DNA of 64,000 nt from Chloroflexota bacterium (GCA_963662335.2 CAXXVD010000004.1:64001-128000); one strand, 5' to 3'; numbered from the stretch's first letter, positions 37,248 through 49,355 are shown. The notes: generated by a model not told the origin, from the sequence alone. Numbers and translations: made by a program.

Positions 37248-38612
37248 ATGTTTCCCTCACGCAAGTGGCTCTACCCGGGCATGCACGTCAAGCGGTGGAT
37301 CGCGCTGCTCATAATCGGGTTCATGGCTTTTGCCCTGGCCTGCGCCATGGCCCTCGCCTGGGTCTACCGAAACGTCGATTTCGTCCAACCCTTTTCCGAG
37401 CCCGTCCAAGCCGTAACGCTCCAGTTCATCCCGCACCCCTACCGGGAGATTCTCGTCGGCAGTGTCGGGCTCATTCTTACCGTTATTGCGGTCTGGCGGC
37501 TCTACGCCTCGCTCATGGACGTCGTGGGCGCGCCAAACCAGAGTGAGCGGTTGGTAGACTTAGTCTACGCGCGCCGGATTCTCAACACCGGCCCCAAGAT
37601 CGTCACGATTGGCGGCGGCACCGGACAGTCCGTCCTGCTGCGCGGGTTGAAAGAGTACACGAACAACTTGACCGCCATCGTGACGGTCGTGGACGACGGC
37701 GGGTCGTCCGGCCGCTTGCGGCGCGAGTTTGGGGCCTTGCCGCCCGGCGACGTGCGCCAGTGCATTGGCGCGCTGGCGATTGCGGAGCCGCTGATGACGC
37801 GGCTGCTCAACTACCGTTTCAGCAAGGGCAGCGGGTTGGAAGGGCACAGCCTGGGTAACCTGATGATGCTGGCTATGGCCGATCTCACCGGCAACTTCGA
37901 ATCCGGCATCCGCGAGCTTTCACGGGTGTTGGCCGTGCGCGGCCAGATTCTGCCTTCCACCCTGGAAAGCGTTGGGCTTTGCGCCGAACTCCAGGACGGA
38001 CGCACCATCTCCGGCGAATCCGCGATACGGGAGGCCGGGTCGTCCATCAAGCGTGTGTACCTGGATAAGCAGCATCCAACCGCCTTTGGCGAAGCGTGCC
38101 AGGCCATTCTGGAAGCGGACTACATCATCCTTGCGCCCGGCAGTCTCTACACGAGCCTGCTGCCCAACCTGCTCGTGCCGGAAATCTCCCGCGCCCTGGC
38201 GGACGCGAAAGCCGCCAAACTCTACGTCTGCAACGTGGCGACCGAGCCTGGCGAAACAACGCATTACGGCGTGGAAGAGCATCTGGCGGCCCTCAAGCTG
38301 CACGCCCCGGCCGGCGTCTGCTCGGTTGTGTTGGTAAACGACCACACCAGCGTGCCGTCGGTAAACGGCACGTACGAACTTGTGGAACTGTCCCGGCAAC
38401 GGAATGACATCAACGGTCTGCCAACCGAGATCTACGGTCTTCCCATTGCTACCGCCGACGTGATCGACGTGAATGTGCCAAGTCAGCATGACGCGGAGAA
38501 ACTTGCCCAAGCGGTGATGCACGTCTATCACGACTCCGGCACAAGCAAGCGCGACCGGAAACGCGGCGTGCACGCCGTGCCCGATGAAGCGAACGCAATG
38601 AAGGCGTCCTGA
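37248..38612 (+). CDS. yvcK: YvcK/UPF0052 (GlmR-like) protein with N-terminal TM segments
   Basis: IGGGTG, VTVVDDGGSSGRLR, PPGDVR, GHSLGNL, APGSLYTS. Confidence 0.9.
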   Translation: MFPSRKWLYPGMHVKRWIALLIIGFMAFALACAMALAWVYRNVDFVQPFSEPVQAVTLQFIPHPYREILVGSVGLILTVIAVWRLYASLMDVVGAPNQSERLVDLVYARRILNTGPKIVTIGGGTGQSVLLRGLKEYTNNLTAIVTVVDDGGSSGRLRREFGALPPGDVRQCIGALAIAEPLMTRLLNYRFSKGSGLEGHSLGNLMMLAMADLTGNFESGIRELSRVLAVRGQILPSTLESVGLCAELQDGRTISGESAIREAGSSIKRVYLDKQHPTAFGEACQAILEADYIILAPGSLYTSLLPNLLVPEISRALADAKAAKLYVCNVATEPGETTHYGVEEHLAALKLHAPAGVCSVVLVNDHTSVPSVNGTYELVELSRQRNDINGLPTEIYGLPIATADVIDVNVPSQHDAEKLAQAVMHVYHDSGTSKRDRKRGVHAVPDEANAMKAS

Positions 38613-38666
38613 GCGAGAGGTACACTGCCGCGTGGCGACACGACGTTAGCATTAGGGAAGAAGGAC

Positions 38667-39686
38667 ATGTCACGAGTAGCGATCAATGGTTTCGGTCGAA
38701 TTGGCAGAATGGCGCTCCGCGCCCTCTTGGAGCGCGCGCCCGACGTGGAACCGGCCGCGGTGAACGACCTGGCGGCGGCGGAAACGAACGCGCATCTCTT
38801 CAAATACGACAGCAACTACGGCCGCTTCGACGGTGAGGTCGCAGTAAGCGACGATACGCTCGCAATCGACGGACGCGCGTTGCCGATGCTCTCGCAACGC
38901 GACTGGACGGCGTTGCCGTGGCACGAACTCGGCATCGACGTGGTGATCGAGTCGACCGGCGTCGGCACCGATCGCGCCGCGGCCGCCAAGCATCTGGCGG
39001 CGGGAGCGAAGAAGGTGATCATCTCGGCCCCGGCCACCGACGAAGACGTTACGCTGGTCTTGGGCGTAAACGACGCCGCGTACGACCCGGCGCGGCATCA
39101 CATCGTGTCGAACGCCTCCTGCACCACCAACTGCCTCGCGCCCGTGGTGAAGGTGCTGCACGACGCCTTCACGATCGAGCAAGGCTTGATGAATACCATT
39201 CACTCATACACCAACGATCAACGTATCCTCGACCTCGACCAGAAAGACCTGCGCCGGGCGCGCGCGGGCGCGCTCAATATCATCCCTACGACCACCGGCG
39301 CGGCCCGCGCCGTGGTGCAGGTGATTCCCGAACTCAAGGGCCGGCTCGACGGCTTTGCCCTGCGCGTGCCAACGCCGACCGTGTCCGTGGTTGACTTTAC
39401 CTGCCAGGTGGCGCAGGACGTGACGGTCGAAGCCGTAAACGACGCCTTTGCCGCCGCCGCGCAGGGACCCTTGAACGGCATTCTCGGCTGCTCCGCTGAG
39501 GAACTCGTCAGCATGGACTACAAGAAAGACTCGCGGAGTTCGATCATCGACTTGCCGTCTACGCAGGTCTCCGGCAGGCTCGTCAAAGTGCTCTCCTGGT
39601 ACGACAACGAGTGGGGTTACGCCTGCCGCATTGCGGACTTGACCGCCAGGGTAGCGCAGACCATCCCGCAAGAGGTTGCGGTGTAG
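38667..39686 (+). CDS. gap: Glyceraldehyde-3-phosphate dehydrogenase, type I
   Basis: [30 protein letters not shown]. Confidence 0.98.
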   Translation: MSRVAINGFGRIGRMALRALLERAPDVEPAAVNDLAAAETNAHLFKYDSNYGRFDGEVAVSDDTLAIDGRALPMLSQRDWTALPWHELGIDVVIESTGVGTDRAAAAKHLAAGAKKVIISAPATDEDVTLVLGVNDAAYDPARHHIVSNASCTTNCLAPVVKVLHDAFTIEQGLMNTIHSYTNDQRILDLDQKDLRRARAGALNIIPTTTGAARAVVQVIPELKGRLDGFALRVPTPTVSVVDFTCQVAQDVTVEAVNDAFAAAAQGPLNGILGCSAEELVSMDYKKDSRSSIIDLPSTQVSGRLVKVLSWYDNEWGYACRIADLTARVAQTIPQEVAV

Positions 39687-39818
39687 ACGCCTTAAGGGAT
39701 ACGCGGGCGTGTCCGGGCGCTTTGCAAAGAGCGAGCCGTGGGTTGGGCAATCCACGGCTTCTTTATTTCTTGGGAGTGCACAGGCTGCACCGCGGCTTCA
39801 GTCCGCCAACCAAGGGGC

Positions 39819-41000
39819 ATGATGAAGAGATCATTGCGCGACATCGATGCGGCGCACAAGACCGTGCTGGCGCGGGTAGACTTCAACGTGCCCCTGGCGG
39901 ACGGCGCGGTGGCCGATGACGCGCGGCTGCGGGCAACGGTGCCGACCATTCACTACCTGCGCGAGCGTCAGGCAAAGATCATCCTCGTCTCCCATTTGGG
40001 ACGGCCCAAAGGCGCGGTTGTAGATGATCTGCGCCTAGCGCCGGTGGCAGAGCGTCTCGCCGATTTGCTCGGCCTGCCGGTGCAGACGGCGCAAGACTGT
40101 GTGGGGCCGGAGGTGGAAGCCGCGGTACAGGCTCTGCAGCCAGGCGCTGTGCTGCTGTTGGAAAACGTGCGCTTCCATGCCGGGGAGGAGCGGAACGACC
40201 CGGGCTTCGCGCGGCGCCTGGCATCGCTCGCCGACCTCTTCGTCAATGACGCGTTCGGCGCCGCGCACCGCGCCCACGCCTCTACGGTTGGCGTGACCGC
40301 GTTCCTGCCCAGCGTGGCCGGGCTGCTCATGGAACGGGAGATCGCCACGCTCTCGCGCTTGCTGGAGAGTCCGGCGCACCCGTTCGTCGCGCTGGTCGGC
40401 GGGGCCAAGATTTCTACGAAGATCGGCGTGCTTACGCACCTGTTGGATACGCTCGACGTGCTGGTGGCGGGAGGCGGCATCGCCAATACGCTGCTGAAAG
40501 CCCAAGGCGCGGCGGTAGGCAGGAGCTTAGTCGAGGATGAACAGCTTGGGGTTGCCGCGGACTTCCTGGCGCGGGCGAAAGAGCGCGGCGTGCGCGTGTT
40601 GCTCCCCGCCGACGTTGTGGTAGGCGCGCCTGGCGAACCTGCCGGCGCGGCGGAAGTCGTCGGCAGCGACGCCGTGCCGCCGGACCTGATGATCGGCGAC
40701 GTCGGGCCGCGAACGGTTGCGGAAATCCAGGCGTGCCTGGCTTCCGCGCGCACCGTGCTTTGGAATGGGCCGCTGGGCCTGTTCGAAGAGGAGCGTTTCG
40801 CGGGCAGCACCCGCGCCATTGCGCTGGCGCTTGCGGAGGCGCCGGCGGTGACCATCGTCGGCGGCGGTGAAACGGTCGCGGCGGTCGAAGCCTGCGGCGT
40901 AGCCGACGCGATTACCCATGTCTCTACCGGCGGCGGCGCGACGCTGGAGTTTCTCGAAGGCATTGAACTCCCAGGCGTTGCCGCGCTCGCAGACATCTAA
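39819..41000 (+). CDS. pgk: Phosphoglycerate kinase
   Basis: RVDFNVP, SHLGRPKG, LLENVRF, NDAFGAAHRAHAS, WNGPLG, STGGGA. Confidence 0.97.
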   Translation: MMKRSLRDIDAAHKTVLARVDFNVPLADGAVADDARLRATVPTIHYLRERQAKIILVSHLGRPKGAVVDDLRLAPVAERLADLLGLPVQTAQDCVGPEVEAAVQALQPGAVLLLENVRFHAGEERNDPGFARRLASLADLFVNDAFGAAHRAHASTVGVTAFLPSVAGLLMEREIATLSRLLESPAHPFVALVGGAKISTKIGVLTHLLDTLDVLVAGGGIANTLLKAQGAAVGRSLVEDEQLGVAADFLARAKERGVRVLLPADVVVGAPGEPAGAAEVVGSDAVPPDLMIGDVGPRTVAEIQACLASARTVLWNGPLGLFEEERFAGSTRAIALALAEAPAVTIVGGGETVAAVEACGVADAITHVSTGGGATLEFLEGIELPGVAALADI

Positions 41001-41048
41001 GCGCCCGAAGCGCTTGCCCACGATGGGCCGCGCGTTTCACGCCAAGAT

Positions 41049-41135
41049 GCGGGGGACAAGCCCCCGCGCTACGGTTGACCGCAAAGACAAGACGCCGCGC
41101 TACGGTTGACCGCAAAGACAAGACGCCGCGCTACG
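41049..41135. repeat. REP copy plus two ~31-bp tandem derivatives between convergent genes
   Basis: GCGGGGGACAAGCCCCCGCGCTAC followed by GGTTGACCGCAAAGACAAGACGCCGCGCTAC twice. Confidence 0.8.
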
Positions 41136-41173
41136 GCTTATCGCTAGGGCGAGTTTCACTCCTGCCTGCCGGG

Positions 41174-42139
41174 CTAGCGGGGCGGCTCTTCTTGCGTGCG
41201 TTGGCGGTGCAAGAGGTCTGCCAGGAGATTGCGTTCCACCTCGCGCCGCTTCCGAGGGGGATCGGTTTCGCGCCAATCGTGGAAGCCGCGACCCGCTTCC
41301 AATCCCAGCGCACCCTCTTCAACCAAGTCTTTCATGGCGGCCGGCGCGTCGGTGAGCGCGCTTAAGGTTGGATAGAGTTCGGCGGCAATAGCAAGGTTCA
41401 TCACCATGCCGCCCAGGTCGCGCTGCGCCAGCGGCCCAACGCGGCCGAGCCGCAGGCCGAAACCGTTAACAACCACCGCGTCGATCTCCTCCGCGGTAGC
41501 CACGCCGCTGGCCCAGAGCGCGACCGCCTCGCGGCTCAAGGCGTGCTGCAGCCGGTTGTGAATGAACCCGGGGATGTCCTTTTCAACTTTGACCGGCTGC
41601 TTGCCGGCGCGTTGCCAGACGTCGTAGGTCACCTGCATCGTCTCGTCGCTCGTCCGGTCGCCGCGCACGACCTCAACCAGCGGCAGCACGGTGCCAGGCA
41701 GGATGAAGTGACTGCCCACCACGCGCTCCGGCCGGCGCGTAGCGGCGGCGAGAGCGGTGATCGAGAGCGAGGAGGTGTTGCTGGCGAGTATCGCCGCCGG
41801 CGGCGCTTCAGCATCCAGCGCGGCGAAGATCGCTTGTTTCAAGGCCAGATCTTCCGGCACCGACTCGACGACGAATTCCGTCCGTTTCACCGCCGCGGCC
41901 CGGTCGGTCGTTCCGCTCGCGTTCTCTAGCGCGCGAGCGCCTTGCTCGCCGGTTATGATCTCGTGCTCGCTGAGCGTCGTGAGGCTTGTCTTCATGCGCA
42001 CGTTCGCCAGCGCCAACTGTTCGTCGCTTATGTCTACAAGTGTCACCGCCATGCCGGCGAGCGCGAGGACCACGGCAATGTCCGCGCCCATGAGTCCGGC
42101 GCCGACGATGGTGGCAGTGCGTATCGCGTCGGCTTGCAT
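41174..42139 (-). CDS. 3-hydroxyacyl-CoA dehydrogenase family protein
   Basis: GAGLMG, ESVPEDLALK, ASNTSS, HF, LVEVV, PGFIHNRL. Confidence 0.9.
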   Translation of the reverse strand: MQADAIRTATIVGAGLMGADIAVVLALAGMAVTLVDISDEQLALANVRMKTSLTTLSEHEIITGEQGARALENASGTTDRAAAVKRTEFVVESVPEDLALKQAIFAALDAEAPPAAILASNTSSLSITALAAATRRPERVVGSHFILPGTVLPLVEVVRGDRTSDETMQVTYDVWQRAGKQPVKVEKDIPGFIHNRLQHALSREAVALWASGVATAEEIDAVVVNGFGLRLGRVGPLAQRDLGGMVMNLAIAAELYPTLSALTDAPAAMKDLVEEGALGLEAGRGFHDWRETDPPRKRREVERNLLADLLHRQRTQEEPPR

Positions 42140-42153
42140 CGCGCGCTCCTTCC

Positions 42154-44109
42154 TTACCCTTTGCTTAATTGAACTGCCGCCAGCGCCTGCGGGTTATCGA
42201 GCTTGGATACGTCCCCCAGCGGCTCCCCCTCATACGCCCGCTTGATCAAGCCACGCGGAATCTTTGCCGCCAGATTCTTGGGCAGCGCCTCCACAAAGTA
42301 GACTTCGTCAGGCCGACCCGCTCTATCGTAGGCCGTGCCCACGTGTTCGCGCAGCGCCTGAACGAGGGCATCCGCCGCAAGCGGGGCGGGCGGACTCTCC
42401 ACCACCACGAAGCAGACGACGCGCTGACCCAGTTCCGGATCGCGCGGCCCAATCGCCGCAGCCTCGTTCACGCGCGGCGGACCCGGAAAGCCAAGCAAGG
42501 CCTGCTCGATCTTACCGGGATCGTGGTTGATGCCGCCGCGCAGGATGAGGTCGTCGCTGCGGCCCAGAATGTACCACATGCCGTCCGTGTCGACCTCCAC
42601 CCGGTCGGCGTGGAGCCACAGGTTCGGCCCGTGCGGAAAGTACGTCTCCAGGTACCGCGCGGGTTCGTCCAGGAACCCGCGCGTCATGGATGGGAACGGC
42701 TGCCGGCACGCCAGGTGCCCCGGTCCGCTGGTGACCGCTCTCCCCGCGTCGTCTACGATGGCCAGATCCATGCCGAGACCCGGGCCGCCCAGGGTTCCCG
42801 GCTTGAGCGGCATCACCGGCAGCGGTGAAAGCAGACAGCCGATGACCTCGGTGCCGCCGGAGATGTTCATGATTGGGCAGCGGCTCCGGCCAAAAGTCGT
42901 GAAGAACCACGACCACGTTTCGCTATCGAGAATCTCGCCGGTGGAGCCGAGAATGCGCAAGGACGAAAGGTCGTGCGCGCTGAAGTCTTCGTCCAAAGCG
43001 GCGAGTTGCCGCAGCGCCGTCGGCACGAAGCCAAAAACCGTGATGCCGTGCTTCTCGATCAACTCGAAGACCCGGTGGGGCGTGGGATAGAGGTGCGTGC
43101 CTTCGTAGAGCACGACCGTGCCGCCGAAGAAGAGCACGCCGATAAGCTCCCACGGGGCCATCATCCACCCAAAGTTGGTAAACCAGCAGAAGCGGTCTCG
43201 GCTGCGACAGTCGAAGGCGTAGCCTACCTCTTTCACGGTTTGCGCCAGCGCGCCGCCGTGCGTGTGCACGATGGCTTTCGACGTGCCGGTGGTGCCGGAG
43301 GAGAACAGGATGAGGCTCGGGTGTTCCGCGTCCACCGCCAGCGTACGGCAGAGCGCTTGCGCGCCGCCGTGCGCAACGAAATCCGACCACCACATGGCCT
43401 TGTGCGGTAGACTACCGGACACGCCGCGCCGGGGGATGAGCACCACGCGCTCCACCGTAGGCGCGTCCTGGCTAACGGCGCGGAGCGTCGGCGCGCAATC
43501 GGTCCACTTGCCGCCGCGCGGATAGGCGTCGGCCATGAAGAGCAGCCGCGCGCGTCCCCGGTTGAGGCATTCAACCACCTCGCGCGGCACGGCGCGGGCG
43601 GCGACTTGCATGCAGACCGCGCCGATCTTCAGCGCCGCGAACATGACTGCTACCGCTTCCGGCGAGATCGGCGCGCAGAGGCCAACCACGTCTCCGGCAG
43701 CGATACCCATGCGCCGCATGGCGGCCGCGACTGCGCCGACGCTCGCGGAGAGTTCTCCGTACGTGACCGCGCGTGCCTCCCCATCATCGCTTTCCCAGAT
43801 GAGGGCCAACTCCGCGCCGCGTCCGTCGCGCACGTGCCGGTCGATGCAGTTGTGGGTGATGTTGAGCCTGCCGCCGGGGAACCACTTCGTCCACGGCATG
43901 CCGTTGGAATCGTCGTAGACGGCGTCATAGGGTGTCGTCCACTCGACGCCCAGGTGACGCAGCGCCGCGTCCCAGAACCACGCAATATCCTGCCGCGACC
44001 TTTCGAGCAATGCCTGCCAGGTTGGAATGTCGTGGCGCTCCATGAAGTCGCGCACGCGCGAATGCGCAAGATAGTCGCCATACGGCTCCCAGGCAAAGCC
44101 CCGGCCCAT
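42154..44109 (-). CDS. Acetate/acyl-CoA ligase (AMP-binding, Acs-like)
   Basis: WFPGGRLNITHNCIDRH, FSSGTTG, GWMMAPW, SGGTE, GRSDD, LPKNLAAKI. Confidence 0.88.
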   Translation of the reverse strand: MGRGFAWEPYGDYLAHSRVRDFMERHDIPTWQALLERSRQDIAWFWDAALRHLGVEWTTPYDAVYDDSNGMPWTKWFPGGRLNITHNCIDRHVRDGRGAELALIWESDDGEARAVTYGELSASVGAVAAAMRRMGIAAGDVVGLCAPISPEAVAVMFAALKIGAVCMQVAARAVPREVVECLNRGRARLLFMADAYPRGGKWTDCAPTLRAVSQDAPTVERVVLIPRRGVSGSLPHKAMWWSDFVAHGGAQALCRTLAVDAEHPSLILFSSGTTGTSKAIVHTHGGALAQTVKEVGYAFDCRSRDRFCWFTNFGWMMAPWELIGVLFFGGTVVLYEGTHLYPTPHRVFELIEKHGITVFGFVPTALRQLAALDEDFSAHDLSSLRILGSTGEILDSETWSWFFTTFGRSRCPIMNISGGTEVIGCLLSPLPVMPLKPGTLGGPGLGMDLAIVDDAGRAVTSGPGHLACRQPFPSMTRGFLDEPARYLETYFPHGPNLWLHADRVEVDTDGMWYILGRSDDLILRGGINHDPGKIEQALLGFPGPPRVNEAAAIGPRDPELGQRVVCFVVVESPPAPLAADALVQALREHVGTAYDRAGRPDEVYFVEALPKNLAAKIPRGLIKRAYEGEPLGDVSKLDNPQALAAVQLSKG

Positions 44110-44340
44110 AGTGGTTTCCTCAGGTACGCTGCGGTCGCATGCGGAATGGCCCGCTTGCCAAGCGTGACATACGCTCCCGAATACTGGCATGATAGTATCA
44201 GATTAGGGCTGAAGCGGCGGCGCTCCTCCTTCCCACACGGTCACCGGCACGGCGGCGCTGGGTTGCGCTCACGCGCGCGAGAACGGGTCTCCACGCCGGC
44301 AGACGCGGTCGTGTCGTCCCTCAGCGAGGCACAATGCACG

Positions 44341-46362
44341 ATGAGCCTGGGAATTCAGACAACTGCGTACGCGCACTGGTTCTTCGCAAGCGCCGCCGCG
44401 CTGCCCGCGGCCGAGCTTAGCGCGCTGATCGAGACGCTCGACGACGCGCCGGAACCCTATACGGCGCTCGGCCTGAACGCCGCGATAGACGCTCTTCCCG
44501 ACGCAGCCGCCGTGACTGACGCGCTACAGACGTTCGGCGAACGGACCGCGCTGCTCGCGGCGCACTGCGCCGAGCGAAATGCGGTAACGTTGCTTGCACT
44601 CACGCAAACGGTCAATAGCGCGTTGCTCGCACGTTTGCGAGAGTTCGCGCCGGCGGCGCGCCATGCCGGCGCAAGCCGGAATGCGGCGGATGAAGAGTCT
44701 ACGGTTGCGATGCTGCGGGCGCGCGTGGGTCATCTTCTCACGATCCAGCGCGTCAATAACGTCGCCAATTCGACGCTGGACTTGGAGCAGGTGCTGGACT
44801 TGACCGTGCAGGCCGTGAATGAAGCGCTCCAACTCGACGATTGCAGCATCTACCTGTTCGATGAGAGGCTGGATCGTCTCACGCTGCGCGCGACGACCGG
44901 CCTCAACCCTGACGCCGTCGGTCGCGTCTCTCTCAATCTGGGCGAAGGCGTTACCGGCTGGGCGGCGCAGCACGGCGAGCCAGTGGCGCTGGAGAACGCG
45001 TGGGAAGACCCGCGATTCTTGCACGTTCCGGATCTCATGGAAGAATCCCTTAGCGGCATGCTCTCGGTCCCCATCATCCTCTTTACGGTGAACAAGCTCC
45101 TTGGCGTGCTCAACGTGCAGACACGCCTACCGCGGCAGTTCTCGGACGAGGAGATTGGCTTTGTGGAGACGGTCTGCGGGCAAGTTGCCATTGCCATTGA
45201 CAATGCCCGGCTCTACGAACAGACCGACGAGAAGCTGCGGGAGAAGGTGAGCCAACTCACGACTCTACAGCGCGTGTGGGCCTCCATTGCTTCCAGCCTC
45301 GACCTCAATCAGGTGCTCGAGATGATTGCGCGCCACGCGGCGGAGCTTTCCAGCGCCGACAAGGCCGCAATCTTCCAGGTGGACGAAGAAGCGCAGAACC
45401 TCATGATCGTCGCGGGCTACAACCTCAGCGAGCAGTACAAGACGATGCGCGTTGCCGTGGGCGAAGGCGCGGTCGGCCGTTCCGTGGCGGAACGCACACC
45501 GGTGCGCGTGGAGGACGCGTTGGCTGATCCGGTGCTGGCAACGGTCTATCCGCAGATTGCGGCGGAGGGCATTCGCTCCATGTTCTGCGTGCCGCTCTTA
45601 TTTCAGGAGCGGGTACTGGGCGGAATCAGCGTGTACACGCGGGAGCGCCACGAGTTCAGCGAAGAGCAAATCCAACTCGTCTCCACCTTTGCCCACGATG
45701 CCGCGCTGGCAATCGAGAATGCGCGATTGTATCAGGAAGCGCAACGCGCCTTGGCCGCGCAGGCGGTGCTCATGCGCGAGTTGAATCATCGTGTCAAGAA
45801 CAACCTGCAAACCGTGGCGTCGCTGCTCTCTTTGCAGATGCGGCGGGCGGAATCCGCGGAAGCCGCCGCGCTCCTGGGACTCAGCGCGACCCGCGTCGAG
45901 AGCATTGCCGCGGTTCATGAATTGCTATCGGACGGGGACATCGGCTTGGCGACAATAGAAGAGATTGCCCAGCGCATCATGGAGATCGAGGTCAACGATT
46001 TGGCGCCGCCAAACCAGCGCATAGACTTCGCGGTCGCGCCCGCGCCGATAAAGCTCGACTCCAAGCGCGCCACGCTCTTCGCGCTGGTTCTGAATGAGCT
46101 TGTCTCGAACTCTGTGACGCACGGACTTGCCGGTCAAGTCGCCGGGCACATTCGCATGACCGCCAAGCAGGAGAAGGGCGCGGTCACGGTAGACGTGTGG
46201 GACAGTGGCAAGGGCCTGCCCCCCGGCTTTTCTTTGAAGAACCACGCCGGGCTTGGCCTGAGCATCATCGAGCAACTGGTGACCCATGAGCTATCCGGGG
46301 CCTTTCAAATCGAGAACGCGCCAAGCGGCGGCACGAACGCGCGGGTCACGTTCCGCGCCTAG
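44341..46362 (+). CDS. Soluble GAF-GAF sensor histidine kinase (HisKA_2/PdtaS-like)
   Basis: Two GAF repeats ending AIAIDNARLY / ALAIENARLY, ELNHRVKNNLQ, NELVSNS, DSGKG, GLGL. Confidence 0.88.
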   Translation: MSLGIQTTAYAHWFFASAAALPAAELSALIETLDDAPEPYTALGLNAAIDALPDAAAVTDALQTFGERTALLAAHCAERNAVTLLALTQTVNSALLARLREFAPAARHAGASRNAADEESTVAMLRARVGHLLTIQRVNNVANSTLDLEQVLDLTVQAVNEALQLDDCSIYLFDERLDRLTLRATTGLNPDAVGRVSLNLGEGVTGWAAQHGEPVALENAWEDPRFLHVPDLMEESLSGMLSVPIILFTVNKLLGVLNVQTRLPRQFSDEEIGFVETVCGQVAIAIDNARLYEQTDEKLREKVSQLTTLQRVWASIASSLDLNQVLEMIARHAAELSSADKAAIFQVDEEAQNLMIVAGYNLSEQYKTMRVAVGEGAVGRSVAERTPVRVEDALADPVLATVYPQIAAEGIRSMFCVPLLFQERVLGGISVYTRERHEFSEEQIQLVSTFAHDAALAIENARLYQEAQRALAAQAVLMRELNHRVKNNLQTVASLLSLQMRRAESAEAAALLGLSATRVESIAAVHELLSDGDIGLATIEEIAQRIMEIEVNDLAPPNQRIDFAVAPAPIKLDSKRATLFALVLNELVSNSVTHGLAGQVAGHIRMTAKQEKGAVTVDVWDSGKGLPPGFSLKNHAGLGLSIIEQLVTHELSGAFQIENAPSGGTNARVTFRA

Positions 46363-46467
46363 CCCGGTAGCCGCGTTGGCAGGCCGTTTGACCGGCGTCC
46401 GCGCACGTTCGCGTCCAGGAGCATCCGCAGCGCACTTGCGATACGGGGAACGCGCTTGGAGGCGGAG

Positions 46468-47346
46468 ATGGAGTTGACGATTCTCGGGTGCGGCACGCCC
46501 GGTTTGAGCGCCACTCAATATGGCTCAGCGTATGTGGTGAGCGTGGGCGCGGAGCGCCTGCTGTTCGACTGCGGCCCGGCAACCACGTACAAGCTGCTCA
46601 AAATGGGCATGGCGCCGGCGGAGATCGGCTACCTCTTCTTCACGCACCACCACTACGACCACAACGCGGACTACGCCGGTTTTCTGCTCTCACGCTGGGA
46701 CACCGGCTACGGTCAGGTGGCGCAGTTGCGGGTCTACGGCCCCACGTACACCGAGCAGTTTACGGCGCGGCTCATCGACCCCGACACCGGCGCCTTTGCG
46801 CCCGACATTCGCGCGCGCATTAAGCACCCGGTGAGCGCGCGCGGCTTCCAACAGCGCGGCGGGATTCTGCCGCGCCGGCCGCCGACGGTATCCGTTCAGG
46901 ACGTTGCGCCAGGTGTTGTCTGTCGCGGCGACGACTGGGAAGTAACCTGCGCCGCCACCCGGCACGTGCAGCCCTGGCTCGAGTCTCTCGCCTATCGCTT
47001 GAATAGCAACGAGGGTTCCATCGTCTTCACCGGCGACGCCGGTCCCGGTGAGAGCCTGATAGAGTTGGCGAGAGGCGCCGATACCCTGGTGGCAATGTGC
47101 CACAAGACCCGGTCGGAGGTGCGAGAAGAGGAGCGCGACTCCAATCTCGGCACGCTCACCGCCGGCCAGGTAGCGCAAGCGGCAGGCGTCAAGCGTCTAG
47201 CGCTCGTACACCACACCCACGCCATTGGCGCGGAAACGCTGGGCGTGCCGCGACCGGGACAGGCCGAGCGCGTCATAGCCGAGGTGGCCAGCGCATTCGA
47301 TGGCGAGATTATCCTGGGGAGAGAGTTCTCGCGCATACCGCTCTAG
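46468..47346 (+). CDS. MBL-fold metallohydrolase (RNase Z/arylsulfatase-like)
   Basis: ILGCGTP, FDCG, THHHYDH, VFTGD, LVHH. Confidence 0.85.
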   Translation: MELTILGCGTPGLSATQYGSAYVVSVGAERLLFDCGPATTYKLLKMGMAPAEIGYLFFTHHHYDHNADYAGFLLSRWDTGYGQVAQLRVYGPTYTEQFTARLIDPDTGAFAPDIRARIKHPVSARGFQQRGGILPRRPPTVSVQDVAPGVVCRGDDWEVTCAATRHVQPWLESLAYRLNSNEGSIVFTGDAGPGESLIELARGADTLVAMCHKTRSEVREEERDSNLGTLTAGQVAQAAGVKRLALVHHTHAIGAETLGVPRPGQAERVIAEVASAFDGEIILGREFSRIPL

Positions 47347-47355
47347 GCGTTGCGC

Positions 47356-48138
47356 CTACGCGCCCGCGGCCGCGGCGATCGCTTGGCGCAGGTCTGTGCA
47401 GGCCCGGTAGAAGATGTTGGTATCGCACGAGACGGAGACCATCTGCACGCCGCGCTGCGCCCACTTTGCCGCATCCTCCGGCGTGTTCACAAACGTGCCA
47501 ACAACCTTGCCGTGCTGCGTACAGAGAGCAACCGCCCGCTCGATCACATCCACGACCTGTGGATGTCCGGTCTGGCCGGGCACGCCCAGCGACTGGGAGA
47601 GGTCGTACGGCCCGATGAAGATCGAATCGTAACCGGGCACGGCGGCGATAGCCTCCAGATTGTCCACGCCGCGCGTACCTTCCACCTGGAGCACGACGGC
47701 CTGGTTCTCGTTGCAGGTCGTGAAGAAGCCCTCCGCGCCCAGCGCGCCATACTGACCGCCGCGCAAGAAGACGTGCACGCCGCGCTCGCCGTCGGGCGCG
47801 AACCGCGCGGCTGCCACCGCGGCCGCGGCCTCCTCGGCGCTGGAAACGAACGGCACCTGCACTCCGGACGCGCCGCAGTCAAGCGCGGGACCGATCAGCC
47901 AGGAGGCCAGCGTGGGAATGCGCACCAGCGAGGCGATGCCAAAGTGATCGCAGGCGCTCACCAAGTGAACGAGACTCTCGGCGTTGATGTGCCCATGTTC
48001 CTGATCAAGTATTACAAAGTCGAAGCCCGCAATGGCGAGAGTCTCCACGTGCGAGATCGTCGGCGCGTCCACAAAGACGCCAAATAGGGTTTCGTTGCGC
48101 GCAATCCTGCGCCGCAGGCCAATTTGCTCAAGGGTCAC
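47356..48138 (-). CDS. HpcH/HpaI aldolase family protein
   Basis: GFDFVILDQEHG, ALDCGASG, QVEG, FIGPYDLSQSLG. Confidence 0.9.
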   Translation of the reverse strand: MTLEQIGLRRRIARNETLFGVFVDAPTISHVETLAIAGFDFVILDQEHGHINAESLVHLVSACDHFGIASLVRIPTLASWLIGPALDCGASGVQVPFVSSAEEAAAAVAAARFAPDGERGVHVFLRGGQYGALGAEGFFTTCNENQAVVLQVEGTRGVDNLEAIAAVPGYDSIFIGPYDLSQSLGVPGQTGHPQVVDVIERAVALCTQHGKVVGTFVNTPEDAAKWAQRGVQMVSVSCDTNIFYRACTDLRQAIAAAAGA

Positions 48139-48343
48139 AATGCCGCTCCTTAGGGAAGATTCTCAGCTTGTCTTCAGGATAGTGGCTACAATAGAGCTAG
48201 GCAAGCCGAACGCTGCCGCGCCCAGGTGCGGTCTCGCGCGGCGCCGTGGCTAGCGCGGCCACCGGCAGCGAGCGCGGCGCGCGCAGCGTGTATACTGAAA
48301 CAAGAGTCTCGTGTAGCGGATCGAGAAGGGTGAAGGCACACAC

Positions 48344-49288
<945 letters not shown>

Positions 49289-49355
49289 GGTCGTCTCCGC
49301 ATACTCCCACACACGTTCATTGCTTCACAGGATCATGCATTCTGAAAGGATCACG

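Noticed and set aside
43606-44340. 918-aa N-terminally extended histidine kinase
   Set aside because: The extension overlaps the acyl-CoA ligase on the opposite strand; ATG 44341 is more plausible.
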